Assembly: GCF_963676685.1 (NCBI RefSeq)
Contig: NC_092346.1
Coordinates: 94,054,001-94,118,000, forward strand
DNA: 64,000 nucleotides
Source: Mytilus edulis
Lineage: Eukaryota
Direction: 5' to 3'
The notes beneath the pieces were generated by a model that searched no databases, was not told the DNA's origin, and saw nothing but the letters and a program-made list of their open reading frames with translations. Position numbers and translations under genes: made by a program. Shown here piece by piece: positions 28,642 through 38,142 of the stretch. How positions within the stretch are numbered: position 1 is the stretch's first letter; each line of letters opens with the position of its first letter.

Positions 28642-30150
28642 TCACTGTAATTTATAGATTTTCTTTGAATTTTCGGTAGTAATTTTGAAAACATCTTCAA
28701 TGGGTTGTTGTAAAAGTTCAGATATTTTAAGTGCAACTGCATGAACGGAGTAAGGATTTCCAATGGTGTGAGAATGTAGTGGGATATATGGAGCATCTAA
28801 TTCCAAAACTAAACGTGTAATGCCAAAAGTTTTCACAATTTCTACAATATTGGAGTATCGGTCCTTCAAAATAAATGGGGTAATGCCAAAAACAATGTTA
28901 GAGAATTGACTGACGGCTGCTGAGTACAGTTGAGTGGAACATGTGAAACAATGCCAATGAATTAATTGGTCCGGTTTGCATATTTCACTTAGAATGGCCA
29001 AAACATGTTCATGCAGTGATGGTTTTCCTCTTGAGTGTATAACGATAGTTAAATTCAATGCTGCTGCCAAATACAGTTGCTTTCTAAAATATGTAATTTG
29101 TCGGTTGAAATCTCTCCTTGAGGGGTTGGTAGAATCATCTAAAACAATCTCCCCTACTGCCACTGTTTTTGTTGATTTTAATAAATTTTGAAGATCAGTC
29201 CAATTATGTTCCAGAGATGAAGTTGATGATGAGCTTATAATTTTAGGATGAATGCCAAAGGTGAATCTTAAACGGTTATCTTTCCTGAATTCGCTGCGCT
29301 GTGCTGAGTTTGGCCAAGCTGACGGAAAAACAAAGTTAACAATGGCATATTTTAGTTCTGTCTTATAAATGCTTTGGGAGCCAAGGTCATCCAGATCCTG
29401 GAAAGCTCCACTACCCATCTGCCTACATAGTTGGTCTAGATGGAAGTGAGAGTCTATGATGGGTAGTGGTCCGGATAACTTTGTGCTCAACTGTCCAATT
29501 TGAAGTCCGTCTTTGTCCTTTCTTTCCTCGAATTTTAAAAGCCAAAGTTGTTCGTCTGAATTCAAATAACCAATGAGATTTTTGAGAATTTTCCAGTGAA
29601 GAATATGATAGATTTCCATTAGTGGAGTGGCAGGAATTTTGTAATCAGCAGCAGGCTCCATACAATTCAATTTCAAGAAAGAATCCACGAGTTTAACTTC
29701 AGAAATATGGAATTCTGTAGGCGGCAATTGTGTCCTAATTTTCATTATGGCATTCAGTTTCTCTTCAAGGCCTACTGGGTAGGAAGTGCCTAATGAACGT
29801 GCTAACTCTAGAAGACCGTTCATTAGCTCAGCGTACATCACTTCTCTGTTCTTAAAGGTAGCATCAATGGCATTTGTGGGATGACAGCGAGTTATGTGCT
29901 TGTTCAGGAAATTGGCTGTCTGTTCCTGAGTACCACCAATCCAACAGGCAGTCTCTGGCGCCACATACCATGGTAGATGAGTTTGAATGGTGTGTCTTCT
30001 TGGGTTGGTAAATGTGTGAAAGCAAATATCACACTCCCTGTGTCTCAAGCGGACATTTGTAGCCTCACCTCTGATAGCTATCTGCCTTTTAGGTTCAGTT
30101 AAGTGGTCCTGGTTCTCCTCCTCCTCATAATCCAATTCTTCCTCACTCAT
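28642..30150 (-). CDS. Retrotransposon-encoded TatD-family DNase with N-terminal acidic tract and C2H2-like zinc finger(s), 502 aa
   Basis: IIDSHFHLD, FGIHP, VAVGEIVLD, IVIHSR, IHWHCF, LVLELDAPY, NPYSV..VA, TTENSKKIY are the TatD motifs; CDIC-x9-H-x4-H at the N-terminus. Confidence 0.9.
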   Translation of the reverse strand: MSEEELDYEEEENQDHLTEPKRQIAIRGEATNVRLRHRECDICFHTFTNPRRHTIQTHLPWYVAPETACWIGGTQEQTANFLNKHITRCHPTNAIDATFKNREVMYAELMNGLLELARSLGTSYPVGLEEKLNAIMKIRTQLPPTEFHISEVKLVDSFLKLNCMEPAADYKIPATPLMEIYHILHWKILKNLIGYLNSDEQLWLLKFEERKDKDGLQIGQLSTKLSGPLPIIDSHFHLDQLCRQMGSGAFQDLDDLGSQSIYKTELKYAIVNFVFPSAWPNSAQRSEFRKDNRLRFTFGIHPKIISSSSTSSLEHNWTDLQNLLKSTKTVAVGEIVLDDSTNPSRRDFNRQITYFRKQLYLAAALNLTIVIHSRGKPSLHEHVLAILSEICKPDQLIHWHCFTCSTQLYSAAVSQFSNIVFGITPFILKDRYSNIVEIVKTFGITRLVLELDAPYIPLHSHTIGNPYSVHAVALKISELLQQPIEDVFKITTENSKKIYKLQ

Positions 30151-30254
30151 TATACCAGTCTAGAAAATACTGAATGAACCTACTAATTATTTATTGTTAC
30201 TTAATTTATTTTTTTTTATAAGGCTTTGAAAATGAGCAAATACTATTACCTTTA

Positions 30255-30367
30255 TGTGTGTTACCTTCGGCTGTTGTTTGCTCTATGGTCGGGTGGTTGT
30301 CGCTTTAACATATTCACCATTTCCTTTCTCAATTTTATCATAAAAATAAAAAAAAAAAAAAAAAAAA
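30255..30367 (+). repeat. Short interspersed repeat 3' fragment plus A-tract between pol and TatD
   Basis: ACCTTC..GCTGTTG..TATGGTCGGG..CATTTCC..CTCAATTTTA matches the ends of 54851-55090, 56790-57425 and ~1950-2020 (minus). Confidence 0.6.
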
Positions 30368-30438
30368 TAGGAAAAATATTACATACTTTAACATACTATA
30401 CAAAAATATTTAAAAACATTTGTGACGAACATCATCAC

Positions 30439-33400
30439 TCAAAACTCTTCGCTAACTACATCCACCACATAATCTGACAAATAGCTTGGCAGAAACCTCT
30501 TTCTTTTTACTCTATCTGATATTTCAGTTTTATCAGGTACTTTTAAAGTATTCTTATCAGGAGACAAGAGAACAGCACTGCTGTCACTATTGCCATTACT
30601 CATGTTAGCCAAATCCAATGGATCAGCACAACTACCATGATTAATATCATTCTCACTGTCTAAATCCAATCCAGGTACTTTTAAAGTATTCTTATCAGGA
30701 GACAAGAGAACAGCACTGCTGTCACTATTGCCACTACTTTCATCATTCCTATTCAATTGGACAGCACTGCTGTCACAGTTTGAATATGGAAGTGAAAATA
30801 AAACATCTGACCAACCATCAGGCAACTCGTTTTCTTCTTTTCTTGAATCCATATTCCCCTCTGGAACACACTGACCAAACAGACGGTTTCGAAGTCTCTT
30901 TATCCACAATGGGACAATTTCGTCGTCACATTGTTTTATCCTATCATGATGTATTACCATCTCTTTCTTTCTACTTGTAATTTCATACAACACAGGGGAC
31001 AATACTCTGGTTACTACATAGGGTCCCTGCCAGGGAGCCCTGAGTTTCTTGCTCTGACCTTCTTTTGATGTTGAATCCAACTTGAAAACAATATCACCTA
31101 CTTCGTAAGTTTTATGATACAATTTTATATCGTAAGTTCTTTTCTGACGAAGCTGAGCTGCCTGTAATTTTTCGCGCGCAAACTTATGAGCTTCCTGGAG
31201 AGTATTTTTTAGGTCAATTACATGATGAACGGTTTCCTTGGCTTCAAAATTGACAGAACAAGTTCCTGTTAGTAAATTGATTGGATGTAGTACTTCCCGA
31301 CCTAACATCATCATGTTAGGTGTAAACCCTGTCTGTCTATTCACAGTTGATCGTATAGCACCAGAAATGGTTTGTAAATGAAGGTCCCAATCTTTCTGTT
31401 TTCCCTTCAAATAACATCTGATGGCTTGTAAAATGGTTCGATTAAATCGCTCAACTTGTCCGTTAGAACATGGTCTATATGGAGTGGTCCTAGTTTTGAC
31501 GATTTGTAACAGTCTGCAAATATCATGAAACAAATGACCGTCAAAATTTTTCCCTTGATCGGTGTGAATTTGGACTGGACATCCCAATCTTGAAATGAAA
31601 CCGTCTAGTAATGTTTTAGCCACAGTAATTGTGTTTTGATTAGGTAATGGAAACATTTCCATCCATTTTGTGAATTGATCTACTAACACTAATACATATT
31701 TGTTAGCAGAAGAACTCTCGTGTAGTGGTCCTAGAATGTCCATGTGCAATTTTTCCATAGGAATTCCTGCGTGAAATTGACCTAGAGGCCCCTTTGGTTT
31801 GACGTTGGCTTTTTTGTTGACATTACAAGTATGGCAAGACTTCACATAATTTCTCGCGTCTTCCCTTAACCCAAACCAAATGTAATTCTGTTTTAATCTT
31901 TCAATAGTTTTTGCCTGTCCAAAATGCCCTGATAGTTTAGCATCATGACAATTCTCTAAGATTTTGTGTCTTAAAGATCTTGGAACAACTAATAACAATC
32001 TTGAATGAACTGGATCTAGCCATTTATAGCATAATATACCATCCTTAAGTACTAATTGATGTTTACAATTCCATAAATGTTTAATAGAAGGGCTACATAA
32101 ATATAATTCATGCTCCTCTGGTTCTTTTTTATCCTCTAACCATACTATCAATCTGTTAAGTTCCTGATCTTTCCTTTGTTCAGCTCCCATATTGGTAATT
32201 TCAGACTCGCTTATCCAATTACAATTCACTAAACTATCTAAATTGGTTTCGTCCAAATCTTCTTCTTGCTCTGAAACACTCCTTACAGACAATGGAACTA
32301 CATAATCGACATCATCTTCAAACGAACTCCAGACTTTTTGTGCTCGAGTACAATATGAGCAACCACCGCAAGGTAGCAATTTTATATCTGCACCAGCATA
32401 ATAACAATTACAAGAATCTAAATCATCTGGTCTCCTTGATAGTCCATCTGCATTGGTGTGTAGTTTCCCTGCTCTATGTTGTATTACCATGTCATATTGA
32501 GACAATTCCTCTAACCATCTGGCTAGTTGTCCTTCAATCATTTTAAACCTTAGTAGCCATGTCAAACTGTTATGATCTGTCCTTATGATGAATTGTTGGC
32601 CTAATAAATAATTCCTGAATTGTCTGGTAAATACTACAATCGCTAACAGTTCTTTCCTAGTGGTACAATATTTCCTTTGGGCTGGTGCCAATACCCTACT
32701 TGCATAACATATTACATACTCTTTTCCACCAATTACTTGTAATAATTCTGCTCCAATGGTGGTGTGGGAGGCATCGGTATCTAGAAGGAACTTTTCCTTT
32801 GGATCTGGATATGCTAATGTAACTGAGTTGACAAGTGCCTGTTGTAATGATTCAAAAGCTATCTGGTGTTGCTTTTCCCATTGAAAAATTACTTTCTTCT
32901 TTGTCAGAGCATACAAAGGCTCGGCAAGGGTGGCAAATCTTTTAATATGTTCCCTATGATAGTTGGTAAACCCAAGGAAAGATTCAACAGCTTTCTTCGT
33001 CAGAGGAACCGGCCAATTCAATATAACTTCTCTACTAGAGGGATTAACAGCTATTCCTTTCTCATTTACCAGTTTACCCAAGAAAATAACTTCTTTTTGG
33101 AAAAATTTGCATTTTTGTGGCTTTAATTTCAAATTATTTTCCCTGAATCTTTCTAGTACAGTTCTTAAATTTACAAGATGATCTTCAAAATCTTCACCCA
33201 GAACAATAACATCATCAATGTATGCTAGACATATTTTCCATGTCAAACCTGTCAAAATTAACTCTATCATCCGCTGAAAGAATGCAGGACTGTTACATAA
33301 TCCAAAACTGAGTCTTATGTGTTCGAAAAGTCCATATTTAGTTATGAATGCTGTCTTGTGTCTATCGTCCTCGTGTATCTCAGCCTGATAATATCCTGAT

Positions 33401-34851
33401 GCCATGTCTAGACAGGACATAAATTTACTACCTCTCAAAGTGTCGATACAGGTCTCTATTCTTGGAATCGGAAATGCGTCTTTTCGAGTAATAGAGTTTA
33501 ATTTCCTGTAATCAATACAGTACCTGATCTTCCCATCCTTCTTGCGAAGTAGTACTGGGGCTGCACTCCATTCTGATGATGATGGCTGTATGACTCCTCT
33601 ATTTAATAAATCTTTGAGATGCTTTTCTTCTTCTTCTTCTAACCCTAGTGGTGTTCGTCTCATTCTTTCTCTTACAGGAGCTGAGTTTCCAGTGTCGATC
33701 ATATGCTTAACCTTGGTATAATGTCCAATGTCGAGATCATGTTTTGAGAAGGTATCTTTAAAGTCCAGCAATAGTGACGCCAATCTCAGATTTTCGCTTA
33801 AATCTAAATTTTCCTTTGACGAATCTAATAAAGGTTTTAATTGTACAGGAAAATTGGAATACATTTCATCCCATTCATTTCTTAAGTCTCTAAGTTCCCT
33901 CTCCACTGTGTTAACTGACCTTACTGATGCTCTGTCCTCATAATCACACCTTTCCTCATCTATCACCCCATAAATTTCCATTGCTGTACCAATGAAGCGA
34001 TTTTTCTTCAGACTTATGGACTTATCTGTCAAATTGTTTAGGATAATAGGTACTCTTGAATCAGCTTTGGTCAAAATATTTGGCATAATCAGCCCATTCA
34101 AAGACTTACTTGGTTGAATAGCCACTTCATTTTTAAATTCCTCTGCCAATCTTACTGGTAGTCTGACAGTTGAATTAGGTGGAACAATAAGAGTCTCTTC
34201 CAACGTTATGCGGCAAATTTTCAAACTACTGTTTTCTGATTTAACTTCATTAATAAAATGTTTTTCACCTCTAATTGTTATTGACAAATCAGTCAAATCT
34301 ATCACGGCATCAAGATGTTTAAGAAAGTCTAATCCTAGTATCACTTGATCATTGATTTTAGCTACTATAATTTTCCACTTGGTATCAGTCTTCCCTACCT
34401 TAACTGTAACACATTCTGTGTACCTTGCTGTAATGCTATTGTCTTTTCCAGCACCTTGCAACATTAGCGAGCCTTTAAAAATTACCGGAGGCTTAAGTTT
34501 CTTTGCAAATTCTTCACTCATAAGTGTGACCTGGGCAGCTGTATCAATTACTGCGTTTACAGTTACCTCATTAATTGAAATACCTAACACAAGAGTATTG
34601 GATTCTGGATTTCGATCACTTGGATACAGTTGAACCTCACGTAATTGAGGATTATCAATACCATTCTTTGTATCTTCCTTTTGGCCACTATTGAAGTCTG
34701 TCAAGTTACAATGAACAGCACTGCTGTCACTAATTGTAACCTGTTTTTTCCCGAATACCTCTGGTTTCAATTCTCTAAAGGGAGATAATTGGCCTATTTG
34801 AGGTTTTTGGACTGATGAGCGACCTACATCTTCAGTCCTTGCTCGTTTAAA
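30439..34851 (-). CDS. pol: Gypsy Pol (aspartic protease, RT, RNase H, integrase), expressed by -1 frameshift from gag
   Basis: IDTAAQVT protease; RYCIDYRKLN, LDMASGY, AYIDD RT; DTDAS/TDH RNase H; H-H-C-C and D,D35E integrase; GPY motif. Frame is open from the slippery site. Confidence 0.95.
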   Translation of the reverse strand, partial: FKRARTEDVGRSSVQKPQIGQLSPFRELKPEVFGKKQVTISDSSAVHCNLTDFNSGQKEDTKNGIDNPQLREVQLYPSDRNPESNTLVLGISINEVTVNAVIDTAAQVTLMSEEFAKKLKPPVIFKGSLMLQGAGKDNSITARYTECVTVKVGKTDTKWKIIVAKINDQVILGLDFLKHLDAVIDLTDLSITIRGEKHFINEVKSENSSLKICRITLEETLIVPPNSTVRLPVRLAEEFKNEVAIQPSKSLNGLIMPNILTKADSRVPIILNNLTDKSISLKKNRFIGTAMEIYGVIDEERCDYEDRASVRSVNTVERELRDLRNEWDEMYSNFPVQLKPLLDSSKENLDLSENLRLASLLLDFKDTFSKHDLDIGHYTKVKHMIDTGNSAPVRERMRRTPLGLEEEEEKHLKDLLNRGVIQPSSSEWSAAPVLLRKKDGKIRYCIDYRKLNSITRKDAFPIPRIETCIDTLRGSKFMSCLDMASGYYQAEIHEDDRHKTAFITKYGLFEHIRLSFGLCNSPAFFQRMIELILTGLTWKICLAYIDDVIVLGEDFEDHLVNLRTVLERFRENNLKLKPQKCKFFQKEVIFLGKLVNEKGIAVNPSSREVILNWPVPLTKKAVESFLGFTNYHREHIKRFATLAEPLYALTKKKVIFQWEKQHQIAFESLQQALVNSVTLAYPDPKEKFLLDTDASHTTIGAELLQVIGGKEYVICYASRVLAPAQRKYCTTRKELLAIVVFTRQFRNYLLGQQFIIRTDHNSLTWLLRFKMIEGQLARWLEELSQYDMVIQHRAGKLHTNADGLSRRPDDLDSCNCYYAGADIKLLPCGGCSYCTRAQKVWSSFEDDVDYVVPLSVRSVSEQEEDLDETNLDSLVNCNWISESEITNMGAEQRKDQELNRLIVWLEDKKEPEEHELYLCSPSIKHLWNCKHQLVLKDGILCYKWLDPVHSRLLLVVPRSLRHKILENCHDAKLSGHFGQAKTIERLKQNYIWFGLREDARNYVKSCHTCNVNKKANVKPKGPLGQFHAGIPMEKLHMDILGPLHESSSANKYVLVLVDQFTKWMEMFPLPNQNTITVAKTLLDGFISRLGCPVQIHTDQGKNFDGHLFHDICRLLQIVKTRTTPYRPCSNGQVERFNRTILQAIRCYLKGKQKDWDLHLQTISGAIRSTVNRQTGFTPNMMMLGREVLHPINLLTGTCSVNFEAKETVHHVIDLKNTLQEAHKFAREKLQAAQLRQKRTYDIKLYHKTYEVGDIVFKLDSTSKEGQSKKLRAPWQGPYVVTRVLSPVLYEITSRKKEMVIHHDRIKQCDDEIVPLWIKRLRNRLFGQCVPEGNMDSRKEENELPDGWSDVLFSLPYSNCDSSAVQLNRNDESSGNSDSSAVLLSPDKNTLKVPGLDLDSENDINHGSCADPLDLANMSNGNSDSSAVLLSPDKNTLKVPDKTEISDRVKRKRFLPSYLSDYVVDVVSEEF
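34804..34851 (-). promoter_or_regulatory. -1 ribosomal frameshift signal
   Basis: T TTA AAC heptamer (34845-34851) in the gag frame, followed by a GGACTGA/TCAGTCC stem with possible AGGT/ACCT pseudoknot; pol is in the -1 frame with a TAG just upstream. Confidence 0.8.
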
Positions 34852-36746
34852 GTCCCCTCTCTAAGATTATTATTTGGAGATGGTGATCTGTTGCGTCTCA
34901 TTGGCGACCAACTTTTCTTTGGACACTGTGTACTGTAATGGCCCATTTCCCTACACGTATAGCATTGTATATCCCGTATATCTCTGGTTGGACTTCGTCC
35001 TCTTGGTGAAGGCGACCTTTGGCGATCAGCAGTGGTTTTGGGACTGATTGAGTTGATAATCTTCTTGATGTCTGATTTAATGGTCCAGATATGTTGTTCT
35101 GTAGTTGCCATTCTTGTTTCCATAGTCTCATACTTTTTCTGTAAGTCTTGCATACTAGAATTATTTGCCGTTTTGACTTGACGTACTAAACATTCTGTAC
35201 TTTCTTCATCTGAGTCATCATAAAACTGAACCCTTTTTACCTCTGGCTTTCTATACCCTAATAAAATCTTTTGGTTGTGAATGGAGCTCTTAACATATTG
35301 TAACGCTTGGTCCATTGTATTTGGGTCTTTCTCCATGGCAAATAGCGCTGCTTTTTTGTCCGTACACCCCTTCAAAAAAGCGTCAACGGCTATAGTATCA
35401 ACTACATTCTCTGGTGTATTTAGATAACCATCTGTTGCTAGTTCCTGTATCCTTTCGGCAAACTCCTCTATCGACTCATCCTCTTGCAATTGACGCCTAA
35501 TGGTGTGAGGTAAATCTTTATTCCCAAATCTTTGACTCAACTTTTGAACTAACACGTCATAGTCCTTTTGAACGGTCTCTTGGCGAGTACTCACAAATTT
35601 CAGAGCCTTATCTCTGAGGCATTCAATTAGACGATCTAATTTTTGTTCATTAGACCATTCATACTTCCTGGCTATATGGTTAAATTGCATGAAATACGGC
35701 TTCCATTCTGATTTCCCATCAAAAATGGCTAGCTTTGGTGGTGTTGGTCCAGAACGTTGATTGGATTTAACATCCTTACAGCTCGAGTCATCTTTTCCCT
35801 TCCCTGATGTTGGAGTTTTCCCATTGTTATTAATCTCTTCTTTTGAGTCTCCAAGTTTATCTGGGCTAAATGTTTGTCTGGATTTAAGCTTTGCAGAATC
35901 ACTATACCAGGAACTAGCTGACATCTCAGTTACTTTACCCCTAAATATATCTCCTGGAGCTAGCTTTTCAGAAATAAGTCGTGATGTTTTAAAATGCTGT
36001 AATTGCTCTTCTAATGCAGTTAATTTCCTGCCATGTTCTGCATCCCTTTGTTTCATCTGCTTATATTGCTCCTTGCTCCTTTCTCTTTCTTTATCCATCT
36101 CTTGAGCCTGTTCCATGACCTTATCCATTAATGTTTGACGTTCCCGTTGCATGCTCTCCATTTGTTCTGAAAAACCACCTTCTTTTTCTGCCATAGTACT
36201 CTCATACTGATGTTGTAACTCACTCATTTCTTGTTTAATTTGTGTATTTTCAAAACTCAACTCTTTTTGACTTTTTTCCCTTTCCAGTTGATCCTTCTCC
36301 ACTTCTCTTTGAAAATTATCTTTTGTTTGTTGGAGTTCAGCAAGGCATTCCTCTATCTCTGCTGACTTACGCCATAGTTGCTTCTCAAAAGTTACTTTTA
36401 AATCTTCAAGTTCTTTCGTATATTCCCTTTTTGAATGAACTTTGTCTTGTTCTGCAATTAACAACTTTGTCTTATACTGTTCTATTAATGCAGAAGTGTC
36501 ACCTTGTGCTGTTGGTTGCTTTTCTGGAGTTTCTTCCTCTGGACTAACTTCAACTGTGCCATTCCTTATCAATGGGTCCCAAATCGTGTTTGGTACACCT
36601 TCTATCATCTTTAGATCTTCTAATGTCAAGGTGCCTTTAATTTTTCTTGCTTTTATAATTAAATTGGCTCTGGCCTCCCCTATGTCTCTAATTTCCATTA
36701 ACTCTTCTTTTGTCGCAGTATTGATGTTAATTGTCGACATCTTCAC
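34824..36746 (-). CDS. gag: Gag with N-terminal helix-hairpin-helix, coiled coil, capsid-like region and CCHC knuckle, 640 aa
   Basis: ININTATKEELMEIRDIGEARANLII (HhH); FDGKSEWKPY...ESIEEFAERI...AFLKG capsid motifs; CYTCREMGHYSTQC. Confidence 0.9.
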   Translation of the reverse strand: MKMSTININTATKEELMEIRDIGEARANLIIKARKIKGTLTLEDLKMIEGVPNTIWDPLIRNGTVEVSPEEETPEKQPTAQGDTSALIEQYKTKLLIAEQDKVHSKREYTKELEDLKVTFEKQLWRKSAEIEECLAELQQTKDNFQREVEKDQLEREKSQKELSFENTQIKQEMSELQHQYESTMAEKEGGFSEQMESMQRERQTLMDKVMEQAQEMDKERERSKEQYKQMKQRDAEHGRKLTALEEQLQHFKTSRLISEKLAPGDIFRGKVTEMSASSWYSDSAKLKSRQTFSPDKLGDSKEEINNNGKTPTSGKGKDDSSCKDVKSNQRSGPTPPKLAIFDGKSEWKPYFMQFNHIARKYEWSNEQKLDRLIECLRDKALKFVSTRQETVQKDYDVLVQKLSQRFGNKDLPHTIRRQLQEDESIEEFAERIQELATDGYLNTPENVVDTIAVDAFLKGCTDKKAALFAMEKDPNTMDQALQYVKSSIHNQKILLGYRKPEVKRVQFYDDSDEESTECLVRQVKTANNSSMQDLQKKYETMETRMATTEQHIWTIKSDIKKIINSISPKTTADRQRSPSPRGRSPTRDIRDIQCYTCREMGHYSTQCPKKSWSPMRRNRSPSPNNNLREGTLNEQGLKM

Positions 36747-37554
36747 TTTTATTTAATACACAATAATTACTTCTATATCAAATAAATTTTAAGATACGTT
36801 TTAAATACGGCCAGCACAGCTGACTCACTCAATGATACGTTTTAAATACGGCCAGCACCGCTGACTCACTCAATACCCCTAAATTAATTTTAACACGGCC
36901 AGCACTGCTGACACGATCATGTAAATTTATTTATTTATTTTTCTAGATTTCCGTTTATATTCTAATGTTTTATCTCAAGTATGCTCAATCAAAAAATTTA
37001 CTTTAATCAATATGATTATCCATAAATATATATATATCTATCTATAGTTTGAAAAAATTACAACAAAAATAACACCAAAAAACACAGCAAATATAAATAT
37101 AATAACCAAGTATATGTGTAGAAAAAAATAATAAATCTTTATTTCAATTATATGTGTAGAAAAAATAGTAAGTCTTTATTTCAATGTACAACAATTAGAC
37201 TAATATAACTATTCTGAATATCTATAGCATCAAATCAATATCTTTCTTGCTTTGTAATAATAATTTATATATATTCAATTACTAACATGTATATCACACA
37301 AACTGAATATATAATGCGGTATACTTTTATTATATACCCCAAAGAAAAATATACACACTGTAATAGTATCTGCCAATTGCTCAATTATGTCTATTTCTAA
37401 TACTTTTATTAGTTTAAATTAAACAAATAACATACATTAGGACAGCACTACTGTCTCAATAATCATATTTTTGAATTTTGATAATTGGCCAGTACTACTG
37501 ACTCAGATTAAATAAAAATTTGCCTAAAGAATTTCAATCTTTTGATGTTTTGTT

Positions 37555-37668
37555 TTTATAATTGTCTCCCTTTTCGTGTAACAACTGGTTTTTGTTTTTG
37601 TTTTGATAATTGTCTCCCTTTTCGTGTAACAACTGGTTTTGTTTTTATAATTGTCTCCCTTTTCGTGT
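37555..37668. repeat. 3 x ~40-48 bp tandem repeat in the Gypsy 5' leader
   Basis: ATAATTGTCTCCCTTTTCGTGTA occurs three times. Confidence 0.8.
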
Positions 37669-37911
37669 ACAAACTGAAATTCAGTTCATACGGTTTATAT
37701 TTTGTTTGTTTTCACCTTTATTCAAGTGAAGTGAGTATATTCAATTCAATGGTTCACAGTTTTATTGGTAATGGTGTGGAAATAATGCGTGAATGTTTAA
37801 TTCACAGGGATAACACGGTTCAATTGACAAATTTGACCCGCGAAAATCAAAATTTCAACACGACGCGTTTCGCGTTGAAAAGACTATTTTCCACCTGTGT
37901 CAATGACTTTT

Positions 37912-37924
37912 ACATCTGACACCA
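37912..37924 (-). other. Primer-binding site, tRNA-Leu type
   Basis: TGGTGTCAGATGT one base after the 5' LTR, resembling the TGGTGTCAGAAGT Leu PBS. Confidence 0.75.
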
Positions 37925-37925
37925 G

Positions 37926-38142
37926 TGAAGTGTTTGTGTGGGCTTGCTAATAACTTACCAACAATAACTGTCAGATTAGCGAAGCTTCTATAATATCTAG
38001 ACTTTATGTAGGAGCTGTGTAACACACCTCAGACATAGACCATGGGTTAGATAGAACAGGAAGCCCCGAATTGCACGATCTCACTTCCGGCTAAGTATAT
38101 ATATTTCTCCTGAGAGTAGGAGCACCTCTGAGATTCACTACA
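37926..38142 (-). repeat. 5' LTR (217 bp)
   Basis: TGTAG...CTTCA on the element strand, adjacent to the PBS. Confidence 0.95.

Larger units (their letters stand above)
27697..38142 (-). mobile_element. Full-length Ty3/Gypsy LTR retrotransposon with extra TatD ORF
   Basis: Near-identical TG...CA LTRs, 4-bp TSD GTTG (27693-27696 and 38143-38146), PBS, PPT, intact gag and pol in PR-RT-RH-IN order. Confidence 0.95.

Noticed and set aside
34824-34826. Gag-pol stop-codon readthrough
   Set aside because: pol is in the -1 frame, not in frame with gag; a slippery heptamer explains expression
28642-36746. Bacterial contamination suggested by TatD and the ComEA-like domain
   Set aside because: Both lie inside LTRs with TSD, PBS and PPT, contiguous with intron-containing animal DNA
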